Shown: positions 1-11,309 of the stretch, in pieces
Position numbering within the stretch: the stretch's first letter is position 1
How the letters are laid out: each line of letters starts with the position of its first letter
Program-made: the position numbers and the translations under genes
NCBI GenBank assembly: GCA_963805945.1
Contig: CAWDVP010000001.1
Location: 1-64,000 of the forward strand
Direction: 5' to 3'
Length of the DNA: 64,000 nt
Source: Vulcanimicrobiota bacterium
Lineage (GTDB): Bacteria > Vulcanimicrobiota > Vulcanimicrobiia > Eremiobacterales > Eremiobacteraceae
The notes under the pieces: model-generated
What the model was told of the DNA's origin: nothing
What the model saw: the letters and a program-made list of their open reading frames with translations, nothing else
The model's database searches: none

Positions 1-379
1 TCCAATGCGCTGCCGGCGACCGTCGCCGCGAGCGCGCTTGCGGCGATCGAGGAGCTCGATTCGAATCCGGCATTGCTCGCAACCCTGCGCGAGAACATCG
101 GCATACTTCCGCGCCGGATTGACCCGCCTCGACTACAAGCCGCTCGCAGGCGACAGCGCGATCATCCCGATCATCGTCGGCGAGACCTCGTTCGCCATCC
201 AGATGAGCGACCTGCTGCTCAAGCACGGCGTCTTCGTCACCGGCTTCGGCTTCCCGGTCGTGCCGGAGGGCACCGCACGCATCCGCGTGCAGATGAGCGC
301 AGCGCTGCGGCGCGAGCATCTCGACCGTTCGTTGGTGGCGTTTCAGCAGGTCGGACGCGAACTAGGCATCATCAAGTAG
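1..379 (+). CDS. kbl: Glycine C-acetyltransferase / AONS-family PLP enzyme, C-terminal part (runs off the window start; frameshift near 105)
   Basis: C-terminus DSAIIPIIVGE...GVFVTGFGFPVVPEGTARIRVQMSAA is typical of 2-amino-3-ketobutyrate CoA ligase. Confidence 0.8.
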   Translation, partial: PMRCRRPSPRARLRRSRSSIRIRHCSQPCARTSAYFRAGLTRLDYKPLAGDSAIIPIIVGETSFAIQMSDLLLKHGVFVTGFGFPVVPEGTARIRVQMSAALRREHLDRSLVAFQQVGRELGIIK

Positions 380-386
380 TCCGAGC

Positions 387-1799
387 TCATTCTTGCAGGA
401 GGCTTTCCAGCTCGATGTAGATGTTCTCCGCATTGAGCCAGCTCTGCGGCGGGCCGACGATGACCGGCGTCTAGTCAACCCGAATCCGATCGTCGGCTGC
501 ATCAGCTCCGGTAACAGGTCGGGATTCGAAGCCCGCCGCGCTGCGGAAGATCAGCTCGGCGTAGAGCGCATTGCCCCAGCCGAACTCCGCGCGGGTGAAG
601 CGCGACGGGTCGTTCGGGTCGGAGCTTCTCGTGGATCAGGCCACCGGTCAGGTCGGAATGCGCGATGTCGGCGACGACGACGCGCGCCGTCTCGTATGGC
701 GTCGGCGCGGTGAGGCCGCGCGCGATGAGCCCGAGCGGGCCACACCCAGCCGGTCGGCGTATGCGGGCTGGTGAGGCCCGTCGCGTAGGTGCGGTTGAAG
801 AAGTACGGATTCTTCGGAGGCGAGAGCACGAAGCGGCGCGTGGTTGAGGTACACGACGTCGGCCGGCGTCGCATTAGCCGTAATCGGTTGGCCGGGAGCA
901 GATTCGGCAGGTTCGCGTCGTCCATGAGCAAGGTGCGGCCATAGCCGTCCACCTCATACGCATACATGTCGCCGAGGGCTGGGATCGGTGACGATGCCGT
1001 GGCGCTCGATGCCCGTGTTGATTCATCCGCCATGGTGGTCGCTTCGGCCTCGAGTCTCGCGTCGCGGTAGCCGGCGACGGAGAGCTCCGCCAAATCGCGC
1101 ATCGCGACGACCGTGAACATCTGTTGCGGGATGTTGTAGCAGTAGCGCACCGATCGTCGGAGGGCCGGAACGCGCCCCAAATCATGCCCGTTCGGCGCAG
1201 GCTTCGCCGCGGCCGCCGTTCGGCAAAAACTTGGTGGTGTAGTGCGAACAGGTCGCATGGTGCTGTTCGCAGCGCAACGTCCGCATCGTATGTTCGAGCG
1301 CCCAATGGAGGCGCTGTGTGAACATCCCCCGGTCGCCAGAACGCCGCCAATATGTGTACGCGAGCGAGAATGGATAGTCGAGCGAATCGACCTCCCACTT
1401 CTCCTCCCAGACCTTGTAGCCGGCGGTGAAGGCGTTGGCATAGGGATCGATCAGCACGTTCTTCGCGTTGCGCTCGATGACGGCGCGACCAGCGTCCCTA
1501 TCTTCGGAGAGGACGCGAAGAAACGGACGTATGGCTTGACCTGCGCGGAGGAGTCGCGCAGCCACATCGCCGGGATGTCCCCGATTGCACGTAGATCGTG
1601 CCGTCGTCCTCGCGAAGAAATCGTTTCCCTCCGTGTGGAAGAGCCGCGATGCGGGCATGACGATGGTCTCGGCGTTGATCGAGGATGCGGGGATGATGAC
1701 GCGGCCCACGAGCGGTCCGTTTTCGGCGAGCGATGCCGATGGTGCGAGCAAGGCCAAAATTGCGAAGACCGCGGGGGCTCGCTCGAACCACAACCTCAC
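387..1799 (-). CDS. Glycoside hydrolase family 125 (exo-alpha-1,6-mannosidase-like), secreted; split by several frameshifts
   Basis: GH125 motifs in successive frames: IDPYANAF..VWEEKWEVDSL, MIWGAFRPSDD, YAYEVDGYG..LMDDANLP, SPHTP..WVWP; signal-peptide-like N-terminus. Confidence 0.85.
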
Positions 1800-1865
1800 A
1801 CCGACATCGTTCGAACCCCTGCGCCGCGATTCCGCCGCGAAAAGTGATTCCGCGGCCGCGGGCGA

Positions 1866-3082
1866 ATGCAAGCGCGATGTTCACCCGGTAATGTGCCGAT
1901 TCTCGGCATCACGTTCATCGATATCCTCGGCTTCAGCATCCTGATACCGATCCTGCCGTATTTCGTCAAGCATTTCGGCTCGTCGGACCTGGCCGTCGGG
2001 CTGCTGTTCTCGACCTTCGCCGCCTGCCAGTTCGTGGCCGGCCCGTGTGGGGCAACGTGAGCGACCGCATCGGGCGGAAAAAGGTGCTCATCATCAGCCA
2101 GGTGGGCGCGATCATCGGCTGGACCATGCTCGCTTTTGTCAACACGATCGGCCTCGTCTTCCTGGCGCGCATCGTCGAGGGCGTCTCCGGCGGGAACATC
2201 AGCGTCACGCAGGCATACGTCGCCGATCTCGTCGAGCCGAAGGAACGGCCGCGCGCGTTCGCCTACGTCGGCGCGGCGTTCAGCGCCGGCATCGTGTTCG
2301 GTCCCGCGCTCGGCGGTTTCATGTACGCGCACTACGGGTACTCGGCGCCGTTCTTGGTCGCGGCGGCGCTGCAAGTCGTCACGCTCGCGCTCACGATCTT
2401 CATGCTGCCGGAATCGACGAGCCAGCAGGAGCGCGAGAACGTCGCGACCCTCGCGCATATCTGGTCGTCCTGACCAACCCCAAGGTCGCGCCGCTGCTCC
2501 TGCAGCTCTGGGCCTTCTCGCTCGCGCTGTACGCCTGGTTCGGCGTCTTCACGCTGCTCATCAAAGAAGCGCTCGGGTTCGACGCCTCGCAGACCAGCTA
2601 TCTGTTCGGAGCTTCGGGCTGTTCAGCGTGATGTGCAAGTCGGCGCCGTCGGTAAAATCAATGACGGCCTGGGAGCTCGACGCACGTCGAATATCGGCAT
2701 CGTGCCTTGCTCGCCGGATTCCTCCTCGTGCCTTTATCCACAACCTCGCGACGCTGTGGCCGAGCATGCTGCTGTTCGCGTTCGGCATGGCCGTCGCCCG
2801 GCCGAGCCTGACCTCACTGCTCACCGATCAGACGCCCGAAAACCAACGGGCACGATCCTCGGCGTGAGCTCGGCGCTCGACAACATCTCCGGCGTGCTCA
2901 TGCCGCCGGTCTCCACCGGGATTCTCGGTGCATACGGTCCTGCGTGGGCCGGCAGCGCATCGGCGGTGTGGTCGGCGTTCGCGCTCGTGCTGGGCATCGG
3001 CGCGCAGCGCCGCGAAGGGCCGGAGATCAAGGACGCTAGAGCCCGAAGCCGCGGCCGGAGAATAAGAAAAGGGGCGATCTAA
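1866..3082 (+). CDS. MFS transporter, TetA/TCR-like drug:H+ antiporter family; frameshifted
   Basis: FIDILGFSILIPILP; motif A WGNVSDRIGRKKVL; motif C GIVFGPALGG; pieced from ORFs 1866-2060, 2045-2473 and 2633-3082. Confidence 0.85.
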
Positions 3083-3096
3083 AGATCGGCCCCTAC
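3071..3096 (-). repeat. REP-like palindrome, family A (GTAG + hairpin)
   Basis: ggggcgatctaaagatcggcccctac, near-identical to 54145-54170. Confidence 0.75.
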
Positions 3097-4405
3097 ATTT
3101 GGAGTTGGGCAGCAAGCGGCGCGCGTCGTCCGCGTACACCGGGTGGAACTGCGCGTTGATGTCGAGCGCGCGTTTCAGGCGCGCTGCGGCCTCCGCCGTC
3201 CGGCCGTTGTGCAGGGCGATCACGCCGGCGTGGTATTGCAGACGTGCATCTTCGGTGTCAGCGCGACGGCCTTGTCGGCATGGATCTGCGCCTCGCGCCA
3301 CAGACCCGATTGCGCAAGCGCCCACGCGAGCGTGTCCTCGGCGAACACGTCGTCGCGCGCGGCGACGTCGCGTCGGGCGATCGCAAGCGCGTCCGCGGCG
3401 CGCATGTGATGCTCCGCGTAGTAGATCGCGAGCGCGCGGTCGTTGATCTTGTACGCGTTGCCGATGCGCTCGATCGCCAGGATGGTATCGTCTGTGACCT
3501 GTGCTCCGCGCGTATCGCCGAGCGCGCGCTGCGCATCCGCCTCGTAGCCGAGCGACTCCGGCAGCGGGATGAGATCGGCCGCGTGCGCGGCCGCGTCGCG
3601 CGCTTCGCTCCAGCGCTTCTCACCCCAATACATGCGAGCGAGCCCGTTGTACGCGCGAGCGTACTGCGGGAAGATCGATAGCGCTTCGCGGTAGCGCTGT
3701 TCCGCCGGCGACGCGTCACCTGACGCCCACGCCAGCTCGCCCGCTCTGAAATGGAACCAGGCGCGCGTCTCCGCCGGTGAATCCACCATGGCGTCGGCCG
3801 CGACCATCGAGCGCTCGATGAGTCTGCGGGCCTGCCGAGCTGCCCCGAAACTCGTCGTAGCGCGCCTGCGCGGTGTCGAGAGCGGCGTCATTTCGCGGGC
3901 CAGGGCGCGCCGATCGGAGCAGCTCGTTCGCGGCCTCGTAATGCCCGAGCTCGGTCTGGATGCCGGCTGTCTGTGCGATCGCCGCGTTGCTCCACGGCTC
4001 GATGACGATCGCCTCGCGCGCATACGTGAGCGCAGCGTTGAACTGGTGCAGCGACTGCAGCGCTGAGGCCAGCGCCATATCCGCGCCGATGTTGTTGCGC
4101 GGCTGCACCGCGAGCGACGCGCGCGCCGCATGCTGCGCGCGCAGCAGATCGCCGACGTCGCCCGTCTCGCGGTAGCGCATGAGATACTGCGACGCGAGCA
4201 TGCGGGTGATGATCTGGTCAGGACGGCTGCGCGCGTTGCGCTCGAACACCGCGACGATGGCATCGCGATGCAGGTAGTCGGCGACCACCGGCGCGGGTGA
4301 AGGTCTCGCGGCGAGCGCGGCGTCACGTGACGCCATGAACGCCGGCCATGCCGCGATGGCCAGCAGCGCCACGACCGCAAGGACGACGAAGGTGCGCAGG
4401 TTCAT
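3093..4405 (-). CDS. Tetratricopeptide-repeat protein with N-terminal signal/anchor; frameshifted
   Basis: MNLRTFVVLAVVALLAIAAW start; helical TPR-like segments (AWFHFRAGELAW, EDTLAWAL, LQYHAGVIA); ATGA overlap with the NiCoT gene. Confidence 0.75.
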
Positions 4406-5227
4406 TCCAGGGCCGCGGCCTCGGTCAGCGCACCGTTCGGGTCCTTCGCCGACCAGGTGAACGTCCAGGCGAAGATGAGCAGCAGCGCGCCGACCAGGGC
4501 GCCGCTCACCCACAGATCCGGCACCGGCGAGCGCCAGACCAGCGCTCTGGGCCAGCTCGTACGTCGCGACGACGAGCGCCATCGCGGTGACCGCGACGAT
4601 CCAGACCCGCGTCGCGCGCACCAGTTCGAGCGGGTGGCGCGTCGCAGGCGGTACACAGCAGGCTGTCGAGCGTGTCGGTCACCGCCATGCCCAGCGAGAA
4701 TGAACCCGATGATAAGCCCGAGCACGATGCCGCCGCCGCTCGTCAGCGCGAGCGCGTATGTCGCCACCTGGCTCGAGGTGTCGAAGCCCAGGCCGAAGAG
4801 CAGCCGATCGGTATCGCGGCGAGCGGGCTGGTCGCCGCGCGCAGCGCCTGGGAAGTAGCGCCGTCTTCACACCGGCCATCGCGCCGATCCTGTTGAGCGA
4901 GAGCTGGCGGATGTTGAAGCCGGCGATCGCGAAGAGCGTCACGATGCTCACCCACGTGCCGATCGTCTCGAGCAACGCCCCGTGCGTCGCGAGGCGGCTA
5001 CCCAGCAATCCGGCGAGCGCGGCGATCGAGAGCACCATGATGGAATGGCCACCCGCGAAGAGCGTTCCCACAAAACGGCTGAAACGCGCGCCGGCGGTCA
5101 GCGAGTTGCGCGTGAGGTTGTCGATCGCCGCGAGGTGATCCGGATCCGCGCCGTGACGCAGGCCGAGCACGAACACGGTGAAGGCGATGACGCCGATCGA
5201 GACCGGCGCCCCGCCGTGCTCGATCAT
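4402..5227 (-). CDS. HoxN/HupN/NixA-type (NiCoT) nickel/cobalt permease; frameshifted
   Basis: Signature LGLRHGADPDHLAAIDN, FAGGHS, and GFDTSSQ across a frameshift; multiple TM segments. Confidence 0.85.
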
Positions 5228-6794
5228 GATGGTTCGCTTTCCAGCATCGGCACGTGGCTATGGCCGTGGGCGTGGTCGTGGCCGTGCGCATGCACGTGAC
5301 CGGGTGAGAACGCATAGCCCCCGATCGCGGCGAGCACCAATGCCGTCACAAGCGCCGCATTGGTATGCAGCGTCGAAGCGACGGCGCCTTGGCCGAGCAT
5401 GACCGCGCCGATCAGCGCGATGACGCTGGCGGAGACGAGCGGCCCGTATTGCACGAGCCTGTCGAAACTCGGCCGCTTCGAGAGCCACGACGCGCCGTGC
5501 ACGAGCGCGATGCCGAGACCGGTGAGCACGCCCGCGAGGCCGATGCTGAACGCGACGATGACGAGCAGCCCGTAGCCGAGCTGGTGGAGGGTCAGCGCGG
5601 TGAGCAGACACGACGAGCGCCGCCGGGCACGGCGCGATGTTGCCGCTCATGGCGACGAGCACGACGCTGCCGAACGACAGCGGCGCCGTGCCCGGCGGCA
5701 CGTGCTGGTGGCCGCCGGCGTGGACGTGCGCGGCGCCGCCATGAGATGCTCGTGATCGTGCGCGTGGTCCTCGCCGCGCCGCGTCTTGATGTAGCGCGAT
5801 AGCGCTTGCGCGCCGATCATCGCGACCAAGGCGCCCGAGGCGAGCGTGATCCACGGATAGATGTTCTCGGGGACGATCCATTGCGCGGCGGCGAGCATGA
5901 CGAGCCCGAGCGCGAGGACGCCGGCGGTGTGCGCGAACGTCAGCGCGGCCGCGAGAATGAACGCCTGCTTCGAAGTCGCGCGGGCGCCGACCAGCGACAC
6001 CGCGAGCAACGTCTTGCCGTGTCCTGGTTCGAGGGCGTGCAGCGCGCCGAGGCCGATCGCCATGACGAGGGTGAGCAGCACGAGCCACGGATTCGCCGCG
6101 CCTTTGGCGAGCATGTCGGAGAGCGCGTTGGAACGCACCTGCGAGGGCGCGGCTTGCGCAAGACCCGAGCTTCGCTCGGGCTTACAGAGCACGGTCGGTC
6201 CATGCCTGGTGCGCGAGGACGCGCCCGTCCGGCGCAAGGGTGCGGCGACCACGCTGACGTCGCGCGGGGAACTCAGCTCGCGCTTGGGTACGACCGCAGC
6301 TCGCGCGTGGGCTCGGTGTCGGGCGCGATGACGATGTCTTTCCAGCCGATGCGCCCGGGATAGGTGTCGTCCGCGATCGTAATCGGCGCGGCGCGCGCGA
6401 GCGAGGCAGGTCGGCATGGAATTGCTCGACCCAGTACAGCGTGGGCAAACCGCCGGCGCCGGGCCGGGTGGCGACGCTCGGCGCAGAAGCGCGCAGATCG
6501 AGCGCGCGGCCGTCGACCGCGACGGCGAGTCCCGCCTTGACGATGGCGATCTCGTCGGCCGCCCAGCGCGCCAGCAGCGCATCGCGCTGCGCACCGTCGA
6601 TACCGCGCTCGCGCATGATCTGAAACGTCGGGATCTCGGCGATGTCGAGCACGTAGATCAGATCGAGAGCGCTCGCCGCTTGTGCGCGCCTTGACGAGAT
6701 GGTTGATGGTGAAGTTGCCGAGCGGATGCGCGGCGGCCGGCGAGCCGACGCCCACGGCGAGCACCAGCGCGAGGCACAGGATCGCGTTTCTCAT
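5224..6794 (-). CDS. RcnA-like Ni/Co transporter with an N-terminal extracytoplasmic domain; frameshifted
   Basis: Signal peptide then AHPLGNFTINH; GALHALEPGHGKT, TFAHTAG, PCPAALVV; His-rich loop and His-rich C-tail HVHAHGHDHAHGHSH. Confidence 0.85.
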
Positions 6795-6841
6795 GCTAGG
6801 CTGATAACGGATCGGAGGGCGCGCACCGGATGGCCCGGGGC

Positions 6842-8742
6842 CTACTTGAGCGGGTGGGGCTTGTCGATGTAGTCGCTGTACACCAGGCCCGCGGCGATCT
6901 CCATGGATTCGGTCAAGAGGGATTTCTGAAGCGCCATGTCCTGGCACGTATCTCCGGTCGTATGGACCTGGTCCATGAGCTGGTCGACCGGCTGTTTGGT
7001 CTCGTACGACAGCCACGCCAGGCAGCCGATCTCGCCCGACGGCACGCTCGTGCGCATAGCCGGTCGCGAAGTCCGGCGTCGCGACGCCCGGGAATCGGAA
7101 AGCCAGCGCTCGGCGATATGCTTCATAACGCTCCGGCGACGAGGTGAGATCGAGCAGCGAGATCTGCGGCGGAAAGCCAGCGGCTCTGCGCGGCGTAGAT
7201 GCCGTTGTCGGCTTGCAGCGCGAGCGCCTCCACGCCATCCCAGGCCGTGCGGGCCTTGTCGAGTGCGGCTTGCACCTTCGGCATATCCGCGTTCTTGATG
7301 TCGCCGGACGTGGTGTTGAGGCTGTCGAGCACGACGAAGTAGTCCTTGAGCACGGCCATCGCGTCGGCCGCGGCGGTGATCGCGGCGCGCGAGCGGTCGA
7401 CGCTTCGGACGAGCTCGTCCGAGCCGGTCGAGAGTTGGGAGGCGATGGCCGGATAGTACGGCAGCACCGACTGCGTCGCGGGCGTCGGCGATCCGTCGCG
7501 CAGTTTCTCGCTCATCTCGTGCAGCAGTACTTGGTTGTCGCGCAGCAGGCTGGGCGCGGTGGCCATCACGTCGGAGGTCAGGCCGAGCGTGCCGTTCACG
7601 TCGATGACGAGCCGGTCGAGCCCGGCGATCGCGATCCCGACATTGCTCTGCGGACTCTTCGGTTGGGGCAGGCTCGGCACGCCGCCGGACAGCCCGTTCA
7701 ATTGCGTGAAGAGCGTTTCGGCGTCCTGCCCGCCAGCTTTCGCCTGCGCGTCCGCGATCGTCGCATCGTTGGCGGTGATGCTCGCCGCGGTCTGGACGAG
7801 CGAGGCCATGGCGGCCTTGCCCATCGGGTCATACTCGAAGGTGTTGTCGGTGCGGGTATCCGCCGCGGCGCGCGCGCCGGCGGTCCGCAAAGCGATCTCC
7901 GCTGAGGCGAGCTGCTGCGCGGCGAGCGCGTCGTCCGGGTGCGCCTTGACGACCGGCGTGAGCTCGGCCGCCACGTACGAATATCGCCCTTCGTGCTCGT
8001 CGTGCACGGCTTGCGCGGTGAGCTGATCGACGGTCGGCTTGTCGAGCTGCGGATAGCCGAGCAGATGCGAGATGCGGTCAGCGGGGACCGGGTGATCGAG
8101 CATCGCTTTGTCGACCTTGCTCTCCGGCGCGCTCTCCAGCTTGGCCAAGTAGTCCATGAAGTCGACCATCGCGCGCGGGTTGTAGCCGGCGCGCGACATG
8201 AGCAGCAGGCCGTATTGGTCGGCCTGCAGCTCGTCTTGGCGGGAGAACTTCTCCATCGCCAGCTCGCCGCCGTAGCCGCCGAGCATGTCCGCGATCGGCG
8301 AGAGGATCGAGAGCACGCCGATGAGCACGCCGAGGATATCGCTCTTCTCCTGCAGCGTGACGGCATGGCGCCGCTCGACGTGGCCCATCTCGTGCGCCAT
8401 GACGCCGGCCAGCTCGTCATCGGACGACACCGCGTTGAGCAGGCCCATGTCCACGTGCACGAAACCGCCGGGCAACGCGAACGCGTTGATCTCGTCGGAG
8501 TTGATGATCGAGAACGTGTAGTTGATATCTTCGCGCGCCCGGTACTGGGCGAGATTCGCGCCGACGCCCTTCACCCATGAGTTGAGGAAGGGATCGTCGA
8601 CGAGCAGGCTCTCGCGATCGACCTGCTTGCTGATCTCCGCGCCCAACGAGACCTCTTTGGAGGTGCTCATGGCCGCCGCGGGCAGCGGAGCGATGAGGTT
8701 CAGCGCGAAGACGAGGAACAGGGCGGCGGCGGTGAGGCGCAT
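6842..8742 (-). CDS. M48-family zinc metalloprotease (BepA/YfgC-like) with a long helical C-terminal region; frameshift near 7150
   Basis: Signal peptide, INAFALPGG, HEMGH, FSRQDELQAD, DHP..RI. Confidence 0.88.
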
Positions 8743-8778
8743 GGGCTGGACGGTTTCGACCCGCTTTCCGCGGCGGCC

Positions 8779-9330
8779 CTATGACTTGCTGATGGTCTCG
8801 AGGTTGGTTTTGAGGACCTCGGGCGTCATGAAGCCGCGATACATGACGCGGATGACGCCGGCCTTGTCGATGAAGACGCTTTCCGGCAGCGACTGGATCT
8901 CGTACGCCTCGGTGAGCGGGCCTGGATCCAGCACGACGAGATACGGGATCTTGAAGCGCCCGAGGAAGGGCTTGACGAGCTCAGCATCTTCTTGCGCGTC
9001 GACGCCGATGTAGACGACTTTATCCTTATACTGAGGATAGCTGGCGACGATGCCCGGGAGTTCTTGCTTGCACGGCGGGCACCAGGTCGCGAACGTGTTG
9101 ATGAACACCGGCTTGCCCTTGAACTGCGCGAGCGAGACCGCTTTTCCGTCCACGTCCTTGAGCGTGAACGGCGGCGCAGGTTCGCCCACCTTCGCCTTCG
9201 CCGCGCCGCCGGACCCGTTCGTGCTGGTCGCCTGTTTTCCGGCGCAGCCGCTGAAGACGACTACTGCCATGAGCAGCGCCATGCCGACCATCGTGGGCCG
9301 TATGGGATGTCCGTCTGCGTCGCGTGCCAT
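8779..9330 (-). CDS. TlpA/ResA-family thiol-disulfide oxidoreductase (probable lipoprotein)
   Basis: FATWCPPCKQELP; lipobox-like FSGC. Confidence 0.9.
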   Translation of the reverse strand: MARDADGHPIRPTMVGMALLMAVVVFSGCAGKQATSTNGSGGAAKAKVGEPAPPFTLKDVDGKAVSLAQFKGKPVFINTFATWCPPCKQELPGIVASYPQYKDKVVYIGVDAQEDAELVKPFLGRFKIPYLVVLDPGPLTEAYEIQSLPESVFIDKAGVIRVMYRGFMTPEVLKTNLETISKS

Positions 9331-9402
9331 GGCCGGTCGGGCTTCTGCGGGGTCGACACCGACTCTTGCCCCAGCGCAAGGAGGCACGCGGTCACGCGCG
9401 CT

Positions 9403-11309
9403 CTATGCGCCGGCGGCGGTGAGGATCAGATCCGTTCCAAGGCCTAGCATGAAGCCGAGGAACACGCCCACCGTGGCGAATTCTTTATAGCCGATGCGGC
9501 CTCCGGCCTTGGTCATCTCGCCGATGACGTAGATGATGGCGCCCGCCGCCAGCGTCAAGAACAGCACGGACAGCGTCGGGGAGACGAAATGATAGCCGAC
9601 GAGCGTGCCGAGAAAGGTCGGCGCGCCGCCGATCAGGCCGAGCCGGATGATGTCGCCGATACCGGCTCTCACGTCCGAGCCCGCGAGCGGCGCGGCGATG
9701 CCGAAGCCTTCGGTCATGTTGTGCAGGCCGAAGCCGATGATGAGCAACACGGCGAGCTGGATCGCACCGGTCGCCGCCGACTGGCCGATCGCCAGCCCCT
9801 CGCTGAAATTGTGCAGGCCGATGCCGAGCGCGATGGTCGTCGCGAGCGCCATGGGGCTGAGCATCCCGCCTTCTGCGACGGCGGCGCGCTGCTTGCTCAG
9901 CACGAGTTTCGAGAAGTAGACCAGGCCGACGAGCCCGACGCCCAGACCGACGACGTATACCGCGGTGAGCCATGCGAACGGTCCGACGCCGAAGCCCTGG
10001 CGCATCTTGTCGAGCGCGTCGACGATCGGCTCGCCGGCTTGGCGCAAGATATCGAAGAGCAGGAAGAACAGCACGCCGACCGCGATCGCGTTGAGGAACG
10101 CGAGCCAGTGCCGCGGCACGCGGCGCAACGCCGCGAACGGCAGGCCTAAGAAGATCGTGAAGCCGGCGATCGCGCCGAGGATGAGCGTCTGCATCTGCGA
10201 CATCTTCGGTCCGCTCTCGCCCGACGCGCTCGGCGGCGCCATCGCCATCGCGTCTTGGGACGCCATCAGCGCGAAGCGATCCGGCGCGCCTTCGTACTGC
10301 ACCGCGGAGACGAGCCCGCCCGGGCCGCGATCGCCGTTCATCATGTGATCGGCCACGTGGCAATGGAACATCCACGTGCCGGGTTGCGCGTCGGCGACGA
10401 ATTCGATGTCGCGCGTCTCGCCGGGTCCGAGCGTCACCGTGTCCATCATCTGCCGTGCCGCTGGCGCGACGGGTTGCCCGTCGACCGCGACGACCGCGAA
10501 ATGGTGGCCGTGGAGATGCATCGTGTGGAACTCGGTGCCGCTGATATCGATCTCGCGGACGCGGATGCGCTCGCCCTGCTTGACGACGAACGGCTTGCCG
10601 AGCGGATAGCTCTTGCCGTTGATGCTGAAATAGTTCTCGCTCGTGCTGTAGATCTTCCACGACGAGATGAGCATGAGATAGTCGCGCGCGGGGGCCGGCC
10701 CGGCCGGCGTGCGCGGCTCGACGACGACCGCGCCGTAGAGTCCGCGGTCGAGCTGGTTGAGATCGTCCACGTGCGTGTGGTAGATGTACGTGCCTGGCTG
10801 GCGGACGACGAACTGGTAGACGAAGCTTTGGCCCGGTGGCACCGGTCTGCTGGCTGAAGCCGGGCGTGCCGTCCATATCCGGCGGGCACGTTCATGCCGT
10901 GCCAATGGATGGTCGTCGGAGCCGGCAGATGGTTCGTGAACTCGACGCGCAACGTATCGCCTTGGCGCACGTGGATCGTCGGACCCGGCACCGTGCCGTT
11001 GTAGGTCCATGCGTCGGTGGTTATCCCTGGCGCAGGCGTCCAGCGTTTCACCTCCGCGATGAGGCGGATGGTCTTGACCGGACCCGGCGTGAGCGCCGGC
11101 AGTGACGGCAGCAGATCGTAGTCGCGCTGGGCATCGGCTTCCGCCTGCGTGACGACGTCGCGTGAGACGTCGGCGGCCACAGGACCAGGGGCGGCGGATG
11201 CGAGGTCGGCCGCACACACAGCACCCGTGCTGAGCGCGCCGAAACAGATCGCGGCAGCGGCGGCAAGGGCCGCCGGCAGCATTCGCCGGTCGAGCGAGCG
11301 AGCGGCCAT
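9403..11309 (-). CDS. Two-domain multicopper oxidase fused to a C-terminal ZIP-family metal transporter; frameshift near 10870
   Basis: Signal peptide; Cu motifs TIHWHG, YHTH, HTMHLHGH, WMFHCHVADH; continues in frame through a Met-rich linker into ZIP TMs with GLHNFSEG and GLHNMTEG. Confidence 0.8.

Noticed and set aside
1866..3082. Calling the MFS gene a tetA resistance determinant
   Set aside because: Family-level motifs only, no tetR or mobile context; the substrate cannot be inferred.
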